Positions 19,790-32,459 of a DNA stretch of 64,000 nt are shown one piece after another. Position 1 is the first letter of the stretch. Every line of letters begins with the position of its first letter. Origin of the DNA: Methanobacteriota archaeon (GTDB lineage: Archaea; Methanobacteriota; Methanobacteria; Methanobacteriales; Methanobacteriaceae); assembly GCA_963787255.1 (NCBI GenBank), contig CAWBCJ010000029.1, positions 704,001-768,000 on the forward strand. The letters run 5' to 3'. The notes below the pieces were generated by a model. That model ran no database searches, was not told the DNA's origin, and saw only the letters and a program-made list of their open reading frames with translations. The position numbers and the translations under genes are program-made.

Positions 19790-21486
19790 CTAAAATTGTT
19801 TGGGACCCTGGAAAATTAATTCATTATTCTTAATTTGATTATCTTTAATATCTGAATAGTATATTTTTTTACCATCAGGCAAGTTAATGGTGTTTATCTT
19901 GATTTGAGATGTGATTTGGGGGAAGTAATTTGATTTGTCGCTTATTATCCATATAATTTTTTCTGTCGGATGTGTTTAATGGAATTTTGAATACATTAGA
20001 ATCTGCCCATTTGTTGGTGTGGTTTTCACCGTACCATGGGGATGTTATGAATCCTTCAGCCTCTATTAAATAATAAATTTGATAATTGGGCAAATAATAC
20101 ATGGCTTTACGCCAGCTGAAGCCTTCATTCCCTCTGTTTATCTCCCCTATGACGATAATGGTGTTATCTTGATTAGATCCAGGAACTTTTGATATGGCAT
20201 CAAGATAAACCTGAGTGCTGTGGTCATTTGAATTTATTTTCTCATTATTATACATGAATGACGTGTCAATTCCCCATAAAACTCCTTCATAAGTATTCAT
20301 ACTGCTGATTGGAGTTTCCCAAAGTTTCTCTTCGTTTATATTATATGGGAACAGGAAGAATGCTGAGTTAAATATTATAATAACTGCAAGCAATATTGCT
20401 AGCCATTTTTTTGGGGAATAATTATCATATTTATCAATTAAACATTTAGAAAGCTCGTTTACAAAGTATGCTAAAATAATGGCCAGAACAGGCACATATA
20501 CAAGCATATATCCCGGTTTAGCTAAATGTACTAGAATATAAACAAGTGAAGCAGGCAATATCCATAAACTGATAAATATTATCTTTGGATTTTTAATATT
20601 AAGACGGAATAAATGTATAGGGCCTATGCCCTGATATTTATTGTATAATGTTATCAAAATGATTCCAATAAATGTTAATCCTAGACCCGCTCCATGCAAG
20701 ATATGCTCCAATGGCTGAAAGTCGATTGACAATGCTTGATCCAAAGATAAGGGAAGATCTGGGGAAGCACATTTGGTATAAAGTAGCAGATGCATGGGAA
20801 TATTGCTCATAGCCTCCTGAAAAAATGATAGTAGGAATGAACCAGACTAAAACGGTAGGTATGAGCACTAATAATGCTTTTAAAAATCTTAAAGGATCTC
20901 TATTTTTATAGAATAGGCAGAATAACCATAATGGAAACATAAATACTATTAAATCTTGCCTAAAACCGCCTGCAAGGCCAAGAGCAAGTATAGAAGGATA
21001 AAAATACTTTTCTTTTCCCTTAAATACTCCATAGGATAAAAATGCAATTAGAGAAGCAAAAAATGCTTCGCTTGGATAAATTGTGGCTATTTCTCCATAA
21101 TACCAGAACAATGGGTTAAATATCAGCAAAATGGAAGCTATAACAGCAACTTGCATTGAAAACATTTCCTTAGCAAGGAAATAAATCAATACAACTGTTA
21201 GAACGCTAAAGAGAATGCTAATAAATATCATTGTATTATTGGGGTCGCTGAAAAGCGTATTTAGAGCTTTTCCAAGACCTACATAGAATATATAGCCTGG
21301 AGGGTGGGGCTGGTGGTTTAAAATATTGAAATTTTCAAATCCAAGTGCGTAATTAATGGAATCCCATTCGTAAAGGTATTTGCTTACAAAGGGAATTCTT
21401 GTAATTACTACCAAAATACTTAAAAGTGCAGAAATGAGTACATCCATACTTCGTGAACTTAAATTTAGATGAAATTTATTTGACAT
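19790..21486 (-). CDS. Membrane GT-C glycosyltransferase (PMT/ArnT/DUF2723-like), two apparent frameshifts (~20680, ~19968)
   Basis: WDSINYALG..PHPPGY, FNPLFWYYGE, GGFRQD, many TM helices; restored frame continues to stop at 19790. Confidence 0.7.
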
Positions 21487-21488
21487 CT

Positions 21489-22367
21489 TTAAAATACTCC
21501 TAAAAACTGAAATATGCTATTTCCATATAGTACAAGTACAACCAGCAGTATCCAGAGGGTTATACTTAGGAGCATTCCTTTATCTTTAAAAAGCATTTCA
21601 GGCTCTCCACCAAAGTTTTCGGCATGAACAAGGTATATGTATCTGAAAAGACCGTAAAATGCAAAAGGAATTGTAAGCATGATGAAAATTTTACCGGTAA
21701 AGAATGTATAAAGTGAGTATGACATGATTAAAGCACTGGTTGTAATATTTGTCATCTGATCAAGCATTTCAGTTGAATATCCATCTAAAATTTTCCTGTG
21801 ATTTGCTGCATTATCTCCTAATAATACTAACTCATGTCTACGCTTTCCGATCCCTAAAAATAATGCTAGAAGGAATGCACATATTATAAGCCATGGTGAA
21901 ACAAGCACTCCTACAGCTAAACATCCGGCAATAGCTCTTAAAACAAAACCAGTTGATATTACCAATATGTCTACTATAATAAGGTGCTTTAGAAATAGCG
22001 AATAGACTAATAACAGTATAAAGAAAGTTAAGGCCGTAACTAAGAATAGTAAATTGATTAAGTAGGAAATACTAAAAGATACAGCTACTAATAATATAAC
22101 TGAGAAGATTGCATAATTTATATTTAATTTACCTGAAGCAATAGGTCTTTGACGTTTTTTAGGATGATTTTTATCCTTTTCAACATCAAGAATGTCATTA
22201 ATCACATATATGCTGCCTGAAAGTGCACAGAAAATTGCAAACGCACTGATTGCATCGATCCAGAGATTAAAATTTAAAAGGTTTAATGAAAACACAATTC
22301 CAATGAATATAACTAAATTTTTGTACCATTGTCTTGGACGCATTGAAATTATCAGTTCTTTTATCAT
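21489..22367 (-). CDS. Polyprenyl-phosphate phosphoribosyltransferase (UbiA family, DPPR-synthase-like)
   Basis: RPRQWYKN, YVINDILDVEKDKNHPKKRQRPIASG, YSLFLKH, GFVLRAIAG, KRRHE, YGLFRY. Confidence 0.88.
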   Translation of the reverse strand: MIKELIISMRPRQWYKNLVIFIGIVFSLNLLNFNLWIDAISAFAIFCALSGSIYVINDILDVEKDKNHPKKRQRPIASGKLNINYAIFSVILLVAVSFSISYLINLLFLVTALTFFILLLVYSLFLKHLIIVDILVISTGFVLRAIAGCLAVGVLVSPWLIICAFLLALFLGIGKRRHELVLLGDNAANHRKILDGYSTEMLDQMTNITTSALIMSYSLYTFFTGKIFIMLTIPFAFYGLFRYIYLVHAENFGGEPEMLFKDKGMLLSITLWILLVVLVLYGNSIFQFLGVF

Positions 22368-22552
22368 TTGTATCCCTGTAACTATTTGAAATTGTTAAAT
22401 TGATTTTTATAAAAAAATTAAACCATCAATTATATAGAAAATATGTCCATTCAATCTAATAAATAATGCTTCTTAAAATGAGCTAGCTTATTAGCATTAT
22501 TAAAAAATAATAAAGTTTATTATAAAAAATGAGATGAGTATTAATTCTTTAA

Positions 22553-23569
22553 TTAAAGAATTCCCATTGCTTTATTTGTTTTTTCGATGGATTTTTCAGG
22601 ATCATCTTCCATTTCAAGCATGGCTCTTATTGCATCTACATTTTCGGGTACAACATCTGATTCTTGATGAATGGCCTGCATGTAGTAGAGTTCCCCATCT
22701 ACAATATTCAATGATTCTTCCCAAACACCGATTTCAAATAAGTCATTCCTGGAACGACCTAATTCTTTAGCATATTCCATAAATTCAGCTGTTGAGCCAA
22801 GACCTTCGCTTGCTTTAAGTAGAAGAACTCTTGGAGTTTTATTTAAAGTATCTTTAATATCCTCAATACTGACTTGAGATTCCAGTTCAACCATTAAATT
22901 GTGCTGGTGCATTAATGTTGTAGGCACTAGAAGAGCCATTGTAGTGATATTCAGGTCGTACATCACGGTTTGAACGTCAGGCCCGTGGTGTGATGGCACT
23001 GTCGGTGGATTTGGAACTATGGCGTTAATTGGTCCTTTTTTAACCTGTCTGGGATCAGCACCCCTTCTCACCATTACTGCTCTAACTTTTTTAATTCCGC
23101 AGAGGTTATCAATTGGCTTTAAGGTTCTACAAAGTCCTGTGGTGTTACAAGATACTACTCTTGCGTAATCTTTTCCTATGACGTCTTTATAATTTGAGAA
23201 TGAGTTGAATGAGAGCCCTATATTATCGTGTTTTTCTCCGCCCTGAAATGTACTTTTTAATCCTATTTTTTCGTAAATATTTTCCTTATTTTTGGCACCA
23301 ATGCCTTCGGGGGTACAATCTACAACCAAGTCAAGCTTTTCAAAGAGTTCTTCTGCAGTACCAGTTACTTTAATTCCCGCATCTTCAAATGAACTTTCTC
23401 TTTCAGGAACGCTTATATAAAGGTTGTAACCTTTCTCTACAGCCATTCTAGCCTCATAATCAGGGTTTCTTTTGGTAACCCCTATAATTTTCATGTCATC
23501 TTGCTTTGATACAGCGTCTGCTACTCTTTTACCTATTGTTCCATAGCCATTTATTCCAACGGATTTCAT
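22553..23569 (-). CDS. gap: Archaeal (type II) glyceraldehyde-3-phosphate dehydrogenase
   Basis: [46 protein letters not shown]. Confidence 0.95.
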   Translation of the reverse strand: MKSVGINGYGTIGKRVADAVSKQDDMKIIGVTKRNPDYEARMAVEKGYNLYISVPERESSFEDAGIKVTGTAEELFEKLDLVVDCTPEGIGAKNKENIYEKIGLKSTFQGGEKHDNIGLSFNSFSNYKDVIGKDYARVVSCNTTGLCRTLKPIDNLCGIKKVRAVMVRRGADPRQVKKGPINAIVPNPPTVPSHHGPDVQTVMYDLNITTMALLVPTTLMHQHNLMVELESQVSIEDIKDTLNKTPRVLLLKASEGLGSTAEFMEYAKELGRSRNDLFEIGVWEESLNIVDGELYYMQAIHQESDVVPENVDAIRAMLEMEDDPEKSIEKTNKAMGIL

Positions 23570-24102
23570 AAATTAACCTCCTTATTTGCAAGTTCTGCAA
23601 TGATGCCTTCAAGATATATCCTTGTGGATATCTCAAATAAGGCTCCAAAAGGTGTTAAAGGCTCGTATTCGCCAGCCACTCTTCTTTCTATGTAATTTTT
23701 GGTTTTTGCTTTTATTCTACCCGGTATTTCAATTACAAGATCGGATATGTGGGCAATTGGCGAACCAGTAAAAGAAGTTATGGATATAATTTTTGCACCG
23801 TTTTGCAGTGCTTTTTTTGTAATAGTTAAAGTTGGTTCGGTTTCCCCAGATCCAGATATGGTTATGAGAACGCTTCCATCATCAATTTCAGGAACAATGG
23901 TCTCACTTATTACATATACATCCCGGCGAATTTCACTTAGTCTTGAAGCAAAAGCTTTTCCAACAAGTTCTGATTCCCCAAATCCACATATAAAAACTTT
24001 TGAAGCATTACACAAATAATTTTCCATTAGTTTTATATCATTATCATCAATATCAATGGATTTAATGTGGGATGTTATTTCTTCAAGTACGAGCCTCAAC
24101 AT
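23566..24102 (-). CDS. SIS-domain sugar-phosphate isomerase (6-phospho-3-hexuloisomerase-like)
   Basis: [29 protein letters not shown]; overlaps the gap start. Confidence 0.75.
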   Translation of the reverse strand: MLRLVLEEITSHIKSIDIDDNDIKLMENYLCNASKVFICGFGESELVGKAFASRLSEIRRDVYVISETIVPEIDDGSVLITISGSGETEPTLTITKKALQNGAKIISITSFTGSPIAHISDLVIEIPGRIKAKTKNYIERRVAGEYEPLTPFGALFEISTRIYLEGIIAELANKEVNL

Positions 24103-24385
24103 AAAAACACCAGTTCTACATATCATTAATATAATTCTGGCATTATAAAATAGTTACGGTTTAAAAACAAAAAAGTGAGATTTATTCTGATTTTCAAGGA
24201 TTAATGCACTAATTTAGGTTAATCGTGATAGTTAAGGTGATATTAACTATATATGGGGGCTTAAATATCTTATTTTATTTAAATAGAATGTATTAATGTA
24301 ATTTTTACATTCTATCCACATTTTTTGTGAATAATATCATTGTATTTAATTAAAAATAATGAAGATTAAGCTTCAAAATTTAAAA

Positions 24386-25315
24386 TTAGCATTTGCCTGT
24401 AAAGAAAGGTTCTCTATCTTGCACTGCTTTTAAAAATAATTTTTTAAGTTCATCATCAGTATAACCAAGATGCATGGGCTCTAGAAGGTCAACTAAATTA
24501 TCATTCCGGAGCAAACATGGTTTAATCTTTCCTTCAGGAGTTATTCTAAGTCTTGTGCAGTTTTTACAGAATTGTGTGTTGTCCATAGGTTTAACAACTT
24601 CAATTTCCCCACCTTCAACGAAATACTTTTTTCTGTCCTGCATGAAATGCCTTGTTTTAACATCATCAGCTATTTTAGTAAGTTCTTCTTCAACTTCGTC
24701 CATGTCAAAGTGATATTCATCATAAAAACCATTATCAGGACAATTATCTGTTTTTAAAAGTTCTATGAGCTGCAAAACAGCATTATTTTCTTTACAAAAC
24801 TGGAACATGTCCCATATTTCATGATCATTAATTCCTTTCATAACAACCATGTTAACTTTAACAGGATAAAGTCCTATTTCTGACGCTTTCTTTATTCCTT
24901 CTTTGGCGTTTTTAATGTAATCTCTTTTAGTTATAAAGCGGTATGTTTCAGGATTCAATGTATCAAAACTCACATTGACACGATTAAGCCCTGCAGATTT
25001 TAATTGTTCAGCATATTCTCCAAGAAGGGTTCCATTTGTGGTTAAAGCTATATCCTTAAATCCAATTGTTTCTAATTTCTCCACAATTTCAACAATGTCA
25101 TTTCTTATTAATGGTTCCCCTCCAGAAAGCCTTATTTTCAAAACTCCAATGTCTGCTGCTATTTTAGCAACTCTATAAATCTCATCTGGGGTCATTTCAT
25201 AGCTTTGAGGAATTATCCCGTCATGATGGCAATAAAAGCATCTAACATTGCAGCGATTGGTAATTGAAATTCTAAGGGAAATAATGGGTCTTTGAAACTT
25301 ATCAGCCACTGTCAT
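24386..25315 (-). CDS. moaA: GTP 3',8-cyclase (molybdopterin biosynthesis)
   Basis: [34 protein letters not shown]. Confidence 0.93.
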   Translation of the reverse strand: MTVADKFQRPIISLRISITNRCNVRCFYCHHDGIIPQSYEMTPDEIYRVAKIAADIGVLKIRLSGGEPLIRNDIVEIVEKLETIGFKDIALTTNGTLLGEYAEQLKSAGLNRVNVSFDTLNPETYRFITKRDYIKNAKEGIKKASEIGLYPVKVNMVVMKGINDHEIWDMFQFCKENNAVLQLIELLKTDNCPDNGFYDEYHFDMDEVEEELTKIADDVKTRHFMQDRKKYFVEGGEIEVVKPMDNTQFCKNCTRLRITPEGKIKPCLLRNDNLVDLLEPMHLGYTDDELKKLFLKAVQDREPFFTGKC

Positions 25316-25479
25316 CCTTATTTTATCTCCTAAATTGTAATTTTTGAAAATTATATAATTTGATTAGGAGTTATTGAATATAAATTCAATAGTTAAGTAG
25401 TTGACAATATTTAAAAAATAATTAAAAAAAAAGAATAGTTGGAAACATTTTAGTTTCCTAAAAACAATAACATGTTTTT

Positions 25480-26535
25480 TTACATTGCGTCTAACTTCTC
25501 GGGTAAATAGGTATCTACTACATATTCGAGACCATATTTAGAAAAGGACTGCTGTTCTGCCTTTTTACCAATTTTAAGCATCTTCTTAATTTCGGTTTTC
25601 CACTGCTCATCCCTATAACGAGGGTCTTTAAGCAGTTCTTTAAGTCTTAAAACATCTATATCTTTTAATGGATCGGTTGGAAGGTCGTAATTAATTATAT
25701 CGCTTGCTGTAACACCTAAAAACTTTGCATCAGGCGTTGCCAGGTCGTGATTAACATGTGCAAGCTTTGCACTTCCTGAAATTATAACCATGGCAATGTG
25801 GAATCCCCATGGATCTCCGTCATTACAGATGTAAACAGGTAAGTTAAGCTCTTCATTAACCCTTTTCAAGAACCTTCTAGTTGCTCTTGCTGCCTGGCCC
25901 TTGAGTCCAACAATAAGCGTGTCAAATTTTTTATACGCCTGTTCTTGAACCAACCTGTGGAACATACCCATGGTTTCAACTGCAATTACTCTTTTCACGT
26001 CGTGATCCACAAATTTAACATCATCAATGGTAGGAGATATAGTATAACCGGACTTACCGGATTTTATTGCGTTAATTTCAACGTCATCTTCCTGAATGAT
26101 AAGGTCACCATAAACAGATGCTCCATCCTCTTCAGGCATTAAACCAAGGTCTTCCCGGGACATTCCCAGTGTAACTTCCAGATCTTCTCCAACGATGTTT
26201 GATTCCTGCTGGTCGCCGAAATCAACATCCCATCCTTCTGAAACGTAATAAAGCTCCCTTAAAGTCGCTGTTTTATTGGTTCTTATGAGATCTTTACAGA
26301 AATTGGCCATATAGACCATCTGAGCTATTTTTTTTATTTGTTTAACATTACCAAGGGATCTTTGACCATATCTGTCTCCAAGGACGTAGTATCTCTTTGC
26401 ATCGTCGTAAACTAGATTTGAAGTTCCTCTGGACGGTACTTTAATTGAAGGAACGTTTGTATTGTTCACATCCTCTATTATTTGCTCACCTAGCCCTTTG
26501 AGCTTGTTTATCGCAATATCTCTTCTATTTAGCAT
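25480..26535 (-). CDS. top6A: DNA topoisomerase VI subunit A
   Basis: TLRELYY catalytic Tyr, AVET, DGDPWG TOPRIM, KAEQQ. Confidence 0.95.
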   Translation of the reverse strand: MLNRRDIAINKLKGLGEQIIEDVNNTNVPSIKVPSRGTSNLVYDDAKRYYVLGDRYGQRSLGNVKQIKKIAQMVYMANFCKDLIRTNKTATLRELYYVSEGWDVDFGDQQESNIVGEDLEVTLGMSREDLGLMPEEDGASVYGDLIIQEDDVEINAIKSGKSGYTISPTIDDVKFVDHDVKRVIAVETMGMFHRLVQEQAYKKFDTLIVGLKGQAARATRRFLKRVNEELNLPVYICNDGDPWGFHIAMVIISGSAKLAHVNHDLATPDAKFLGVTASDIINYDLPTDPLKDIDVLRLKELLKDPRYRDEQWKTEIKKMLKIGKKAEQQSFSKYGLEYVVDTYLPEKLDAM

Positions 26536-28126
26536 TAATATCCCCTATTATCTTTGGTTTCCTTGTTACTTTAGCTAATATTTCCTCGTATTCCGGGACG
26601 TCTGCCTCAGCTAGTAAGGCAGCTTCTTTTAATATTACAGGTACATAAGTTTCAAATACTTTTGAACGCATTGCCTCTTCTTTGGCGGCTTTTTTGGCGT
26701 TTAAATATTTCTGCAGGCTTCTTGCAATTTTCATGGTAGCATGTCGTACTTCTTGCATTATCTCCTCTTCAGGGGCAACGCTCTGCTTTCCTGTAGACAT
26801 GTAAGGCACGTGAGTAGACACAATATTTGCAAATACGGTTATTGGAGCGTTCTCAAGATCCTTTATTCCATAACGTTTCCAATCTATACTTTTGAGCGCT
26901 TCAGTTATACCGCAGCTTCCCTGATCAAATGTAAGTGGAACTCTATTTGCAAAACGCATGATTTCTGCCTTTTTCTGCTCGCCGATAACCCTTCCAGCTT
27001 TTCCGCCGTATGCAATTCCTGCTTCAATTACAAAGGATACCCCACCTTTGTATGTTTTAGGTTTTCTGGTGATTGTTTTTACATATTCTGGCTCGAGTAT
27101 TTCTCTCATACCCTTTTCAATCTGTTCTTCGCCCATTGGGATTAATCCGGCTGTTGGGGGAGCCATGAAGTCCATTTTTTGGAATAATTCAACAATTCTT
27201 TCGGCTTCTTCCCATTTCATGTCTTTCGGACGCTTATTGAAATCGATTCCAGTAATTTCTTCAATTTCATCTATTCTTTTATTGGACATTCTGGAAAGTG
27301 AACTTGTAAGAAGGCTTCTAAATCTCCGCTTATCTGTGTGTTTTGCCATGAAGATTAAATCATCTGCTGTTACTCCTTTTGGGTGAGGGAGCACTTCTTT
27401 TGGCATTGGGGGAATTTCATTAGTAGCCCTATCAAATATGTATTTGTGGCCAGTTGGATCTTTAAATATGATTCTAGTATGGGGGTTGGCAATCATGGTT
27501 CTTCTAATGTATTCAAATGCTCCCTGTTCGCTTAGGGAATATGAAACATCTTTAAAGTGAAGTTCTATGCCTACACCTGTTGAATCCAATTTAATTTCTT
27601 TTTTATCTAATATAAGCCCCTGGTTCTTTTTGACATCCATTTTGAATGTCATTCCCACTCCCTTGATCCTATTTCCTTCTTTATATCCTGAAGTAATTTT
27701 AACGGGCATTCCAGTGGTCATTTGTGATAATAAAACACATCCACTACAACCCAACCCTTGTTGCCCTCTTGACTGGATATTTCTGAATTTAGAGCCAGCA
27801 AACATGGTACAATACACTTTAGTAAGGAAATCTTCAGGTATACCCGGTCCATTATCCTGATGATGTAAAATGTAATGATCTTTGTCCACTCGTTTAAGGT
27901 CTATTGTTATTTCTGGTAAAATACCTGCTTCTTCAGCAGCATCAAGACTGTTGGTGATTAGCTCATGAAAAACAATGGTTAATGATCTTATTTTACCCGA
28001 AAAACCCAGCATTTGCTTGTTTCTTCTGAAAAATTCAGATGCTGTTAGTTCTTTAAACTCTTCAAAGAGCTCCGATGCTTCTCTTTCCACAGAAATTTCT
28101 TTTTCCAAAGATAATTCTTTTTCCAA
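26525..28126 (-). CDS. top6B: DNA topoisomerase VI subunit B
   Basis: [28 protein letters not shown] (GHKL), RFANRVPL. Confidence 0.95.
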   Translation of the reverse strand: MEKELSLEKEISVEREASELFEEFKELTASEFFRRNKQMLGFSGKIRSLTIVFHELITNSLDAAEEAGILPEITIDLKRVDKDHYILHHQDNGPGIPEDFLTKVYCTMFAGSKFRNIQSRGQQGLGCSGCVLLSQMTTGMPVKITSGYKEGNRIKGVGMTFKMDVKKNQGLILDKKEIKLDSTGVGIELHFKDVSYSLSEQGAFEYIRRTMIANPHTRIIFKDPTGHKYIFDRATNEIPPMPKEVLPHPKGVTADDLIFMAKHTDKRRFRSLLTSSLSRMSNKRIDEIEEITGIDFNKRPKDMKWEEAERIVELFQKMDFMAPPTAGLIPMGEEQIEKGMREILEPEYVKTITRKPKTYKGGVSFVIEAGIAYGGKAGRVIGEQKKAEIMRFANRVPLTFDQGSCGITEALKSIDWKRYGIKDLENAPITVFANIVSTHVPYMSTGKQSVAPEEEIMQEVRHATMKIARSLQKYLNAKKAAKEEAMRSKVFETYVPVILKEAALLAEADVPEYEEILAKVTRKPKIIGDINAK

Positions 28127-28198
28127 AGTTAGCCTCCTTTAATACATTTTCGAATTAGTTATTATGTTTTAATTTTGAATTTATTAATCAAATGATAA

Positions 28199-28765
28199 TT
28201 ATTCCTTAATTACAATATTTTCAAATTCTTTTCTTTTCAATTCCTGTTTTTTTCTTTCTAAAAAGGAATATACGCTTTTATGTCTTACACCATCCAGTAT
28301 CATCTGAACAGCTTCTTTTGCAATTTGTATTCGTTCCATATCACCAATAAGTGCTACTGTTTTACCGTATACAGAAACGTCAACACCGGTCATTTCCTTG
28401 ATTATTTCTTTTGTTCTTCCTTCTTTACCTATAATTCTGCCTTTCTGCCGCAATATGGCTTTTTTTGATTTTCCAACAAAATCGGGTAAATTAATTATAT
28501 CAAGAATAGTTTCATCGTCAAGTAATTTAAGAGCTGTTTCGGGACTGAATCCTCTCCCTATAGCTTTTACAATATATCGGACTTTCCACACAGCCAGTGG
28601 ATCTTCCATTTTTTCAGTAGGAATAATGGTGATGGTGCCGGTTTCACTATCTATATCCAGCTTTATACTAGTCATATTTTCAATATGTTCTTTTGTAGCT
28701 CCGTCTTTTCCAATTAGGACTCCAACTCTTTCTTTTGGAATCTTAAGATATTCAGTGTTTGGCAT
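28199..28765 (-). CDS. KH-domain RNA-processing protein (Dim2/Pno1-like)
   Basis: [28 protein letters not shown]. Confidence 0.9.
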   Translation of the reverse strand: MPNTEYLKIPKERVGVLIGKDGATKEHIENMTSIKLDIDSETGTITIIPTEKMEDPLAVWKVRYIVKAIGRGFSPETALKLLDDETILDIINLPDFVGKSKKAILRQKGRIIGKEGRTKEIIKEMTGVDVSVYGKTVALIGDMERIQIAKEAVQMILDGVRHKSVYSFLERKKQELKRKEFENIVIKE

Positions 28766-28813
28766 TTTTTCACCTCATAAATTATATTACGATATCTATT
28801 ATAATATACTTTT

Positions 28814-29590
28814 CTATCCAGATAAACCTGTAATTTCGCTTTTTATCTCTTCAAAAGATACTTTAACTTTTAATTTTTTAAAATCTTTTACAATATTCCA
28901 TATGTCTCTATTTAGAAGTTCCTCAGAGATGGGATGATCTCGGATCATTCCCTGTGAAATGTCGATAATTACAGGATCATCATTTTGAATCAGAATGTTG
29001 TAACTTGAAAGATCTCCATGCACAAGTCCTGCATCCTGGTATAAAATTTTCATGTAGTTAACTATTTTATTTAAAAGTTCTTGAGGGTCTGAAATATCCG
29101 AATGCCTCATAGGAAGTGCTGCGTTACCCTCATCGTCACCAATAAATTCCATTACCAACACGTTATTTTTAGATGCAATTGGTTTAGGAACTCTCACACC
29201 AGCGTCTTCTGCGCGTTGAAGGTTTCTAAATTCTTTAGTGACCCATGCATTAATAAGTTGCCGTTTATTTGTTGTTCTAACCTGGAATCGCGGGTCTCCC
29301 TGTATATAGGTCTGCATTTTCTTAAAATCAGATGTTGTAACCCTGTATATTTTTACTGCTACAAAATCATCATTATCATCGGCACCTTTAAATACATTGG
29401 CTTCTTTTCCTGTACTTATTGCGCCGTTTAGACTATGAATATTCCCCATTTTTGCGAGTTTATAAAGCGTCTTTAAAGTAATTGAATCAAATACTTCGCT
29501 TCCAACTCTTCTATCTTCCACGCTTTTAATTCTTTTTTCAGACAACATTTTTCGTAAAATATCATCTGCTTTCGATATTTTGGAATCCAT
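28814..29590 (-). CDS. rio1: Rio1-family serine kinase/ATPase
   Basis: [38 protein letters not shown]. Confidence 0.92.
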   Translation of the reverse strand: MDSKISKADDILRKMLSEKRIKSVEDRRVGSEVFDSITLKTLYKLAKMGNIHSLNGAISTGKEANVFKGADDNDDFVAVKIYRVTTSDFKKMQTYIQGDPRFQVRTTNKRQLINAWVTKEFRNLQRAEDAGVRVPKPIASKNNVLVMEFIGDDEGNAALPMRHSDISDPQELLNKIVNYMKILYQDAGLVHGDLSSYNILIQNDDPVIIDISQGMIRDHPISEELLNRDIWNIVKDFKKLKVKVSFEEIKSEITGLSG

Positions 29591-29701
29591 TGTAACTCAC
29601 AGCATGGTTTTAATTAAATATATAAATTAAAATTAAAATTACAAAAAGCATCAATACTTTAAGTTAAAATCAATTTGATGATTTTAAAATTTATTGGGAG
29701 A

Positions 29702-30016
29702 TTATAAGTTAAGATAACCCCTACGTTCAAGCCAATTTGCTTCTGTTCTTGTGTATCTCCATATAACATCTGCTTTTTCATCGCTCTGGAAATCCCATGG
29801 TTTTACAAGAACTACATCTCCTTCCCTTATCCATATTCTTTTTTTCATTTTTCCGGGAATTCTGGAAAGTCTTGTTATCCCATCGGCACATCTTACCCTT
29901 AATTTACCATGACCTAAAATTTGCTCAACTACTCCAGGTATCTCTCCCTTTCTGGGGGATCTTACCCTTCTCATTTCTTGAGTTCCTTGACCCTGTTTTC
30001 CACGTCCTCTCCTCAA
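29702..30016 (-). CDS. eif1a: Translation initiation factor aIF-1A
   Basis: [37 protein letters not shown] with TTG start. Confidence 0.95.
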   Translation of the reverse strand: MRRGRGKQGQGTQEMRRVRSPRKGEIPGVVEQILGHGKLRVRCADGITRLSRIPGKMKKRIWIREGDVVLVKPWDFQSDEKADVIWRYTRTEANWLERRGYLNL

Positions 30017-30465
30017 ATACTCTCCTCCTTAAATTAAAAATTTTTATGATATATTGTATTTATAATAAATTAAGATGAATATATAAATACTTAGTTTTTA
30101 TGTCCTGTTCATCAGACGTTTTTTGACGAATCAGGCAATTTTCGCAGTAAAATAATCATCTATTTAATATAATAAATTATATGTCCATCATAATATATAA
30201 AACAGTCTAATCAAATTATTAAAATAAAAATTATTTTCACCCTTTATTTTAACCGAATTTTTTAGGAAATTCTATAATAAGCAATTAACATACTATATGG
30301 AACCAATTTCATATATACATAATTAATTTTTTTTACCTATTTTTCTTAAAAAACTATAAAATAAATGTATAAAAGAGGAAATACAAAAAAAATGACTGTT
30401 AATTGGATAATTTAAAAGACATTATCTCGATTATTAAATTCATTAAAGATAAAACTGTGGTTTAA

Positions 30466-31683
30466 ATGGGAACGGAATTCTTAAAAATAACAGATTCAGA
30501 GGACGTGCAAAATTTAATAAAAAACATCCCCTTTAAAAGAAAAACTGAAGAAATATTATTGAAAAGCGCCCATAGAAGGGTACTTGCAGAAGATATACAT
30601 GCTGCTATTGATCTTCCGCCATTTAATAGAGTTTCAATGGACGGATACGCTGTTAAAGCCGAAAATACATTCGGCGCTTCTGAAGATGATCCTGCAGTTT
30701 TGAAACTTGTAGAAACAGTAAGAGCCGGTGAATCGGCATCAAAAAAAGTTGAAAAAGGAACATGTATTGAGGTTAGCACCGGAGCGCCTATGCCTGAAGG
30801 TGCTGATGGAGTAGTAATGGTCGAATTTACAGAAAATAAGCAAGGAAATATCAATATTTATAGAAGTGTTGCAATAGGCCAGTATATTGCACCTAAAGGT
30901 TCTGATATAACTAAAGGAAATCTTCTTTTAACAGCCGGTACTTTGCTAACTCATGATAAAATAGGAGTTTTAGCCGCAGTTGGAATTGGTGAAGTGAATG
31001 TTTTTAAAAAGCCAAAGATTGCAGTAATTTCCACAGGTAATGAGATAATTGAATATGATGAGCAGCTAGAATACAGCAAAATATATGATATAAACTCTCA
31101 GACAATTGCAAATGCTGTAAAATCATGTGGATGCATCCCAATATATTCTGGTATTGTTAAAGACGATTATGAACATCTCAAAAATAATTTAGAACAACAT
31201 ATGGATGCTGATGTGATAATCACTTCTGGCGGAACATCTGCTGGTGCTGGAGATGTTTTAAGATCGGTTTTAGACGATATGGGTGAGGTATTTGTACATG
31301 GAATAGCAGTAAAGCCGGGTAAGCCTACTCTAGTTGGAATGATTAATGATAAACCTTTTTTTGGACTTCCAGGGTATCCTGCAGCAGCATTGATAGTTTT
31401 TCATGTTTTTGTAGCTCCTTATTTGCGAAAAATGGCATCAAGAAAGATTTTTAGAAAATCAGATATCTTAAAACTTAAAATATCCCGAAGATATCATTCA
31501 TCAAGGGGAAGACATCAATATGTTCTTGTTAAAATTGAAGGAGATGTTGCACATCCTATTTTAAAAGATTCGGGAGCTATAACTGCAATTGCAGAAGCTG
31601 ATGGTTATTTTGAAATACCTAAAAATGTAGAAATGGTTGCAGAAGGAACAGAAATTGAAGTAGTACTTTTAGAAGGACAATAA
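30466..31683 (+). CDS. moeA: Molybdopterin molybdotransferase
   Basis: [47 protein letters not shown]. Confidence 0.93.
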   Translation: MGTEFLKITDSEDVQNLIKNIPFKRKTEEILLKSAHRRVLAEDIHAAIDLPPFNRVSMDGYAVKAENTFGASEDDPAVLKLVETVRAGESASKKVEKGTCIEVSTGAPMPEGADGVVMVEFTENKQGNINIYRSVAIGQYIAPKGSDITKGNLLLTAGTLLTHDKIGVLAAVGIGEVNVFKKPKIAVISTGNEIIEYDEQLEYSKIYDINSQTIANAVKSCGCIPIYSGIVKDDYEHLKNNLEQHMDADVIITSGGTSAGAGDVLRSVLDDMGEVFVHGIAVKPGKPTLVGMINDKPFFGLPGYPAAALIVFHVFVAPYLRKMASRKIFRKSDILKLKISRRYHSSRGRHQYVLVKIEGDVAHPILKDSGAITAIAEADGYFEIPKNVEMVAEGTEIEVVLLEGQ

Positions 31684-31837
31684 TAGTATTAAATTAGTTT
31701 AAACTCTTCAAATTAATTAATGATTAAAAAATTCATTTCTCCATTTAAATCCTGCTTTATATCCTCATAAAATCCAAAAATATTCTCTAAATCCATTTAC
31801 TCTTTTTTTTGGTTAAATCCTTAAAATAAGTGTAAAT

Positions 31838-32308
31838 TTACAAGTTCAGATTGTTTATTTCAATTTTAATATCTTCGTCACTCTTTTTGCCACTGTTTGC
31901 TATTGCAAATGTTTTTATCACGTTACCGCCATTAGCTTCAACTTTGGTTTTAATCAAATTGAGTGCATTTTTAAAATTTGATCCACCAAGTGTTACAAAT
32001 AATATAATATCTTTTCCAGTAATTTCAAAGTTTTTTATCATTGTATTAAAGGGAGGAGTAGGTTTACTAGCCCAAATAGGTGTTCCAATATATAATGTGT
32101 CGTAGTTGGATGTATCAAAAGATGATGGATTTATCTGAGTAATTTTTTCACCCCTCGCATCCAGTGCAGCCCTTATCCAGCCAATGATCCCTTTTCTACT
32201 TTTAAGATCTTTAATTTCAACTAAATCTCCAGAAACACGTTCTGCAAGCGCTTTTGCAGCAGCCGCGGTTTTTTCAGTCCTTGAATAATACAGTACAGCA
32301 GATTTCAA
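31838..32308 (-). CDS. Flavodoxin-like protein
   Basis: VLYYSRT..T, YDTLYIGTPIW, ILFVTLGG. Confidence 0.8.
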   Translation of the reverse strand: MKSAVLYYSRTEKTAAAAKALAERVSGDLVEIKDLKSRKGIIGWIRAALDARGEKITQINPSSFDTSNYDTLYIGTPIWASKPTPPFNTMIKNFEITGKDIILFVTLGGSNFKNALNLIKTKVEANGGNVIKTFAIANSGKKSDEDIKIEINNLNL

Positions 32309-32459
32309 AAATATTCATCTCCTTTTAATTCTATAACATTTATTTTTTATATTATACTAACATCTTATTTATTTACTTTATTAAAATAGTCCATATCACG
32401 AATTGAAGACATTAGGGATAAAAAAATAGATTTTTATAAAAATTAAAAACTTTAATTCT

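Noticed and set aside
19790-21486. Programmed frameshifting or phase variation in the GT-C gene
   Set aside because: No clear slippery site or long tract at the breaks; similar single-base indels occur elsewhere, so sequencing error is simpler.
25441-25458. GGAAAC-N6-GTTTCC inverted repeat resembling an NrpR site
   Set aside because: GGAA/TTCC spacing is 10, not 6; it lies just after the top6A stop, so a terminator-associated hairpin is more likely.
25480-30016. aIF-1A/Rio1/KH/top6B/top6A cluster as a novel system
   Set aside because: Well-known conserved archaeal gene neighbourhood.
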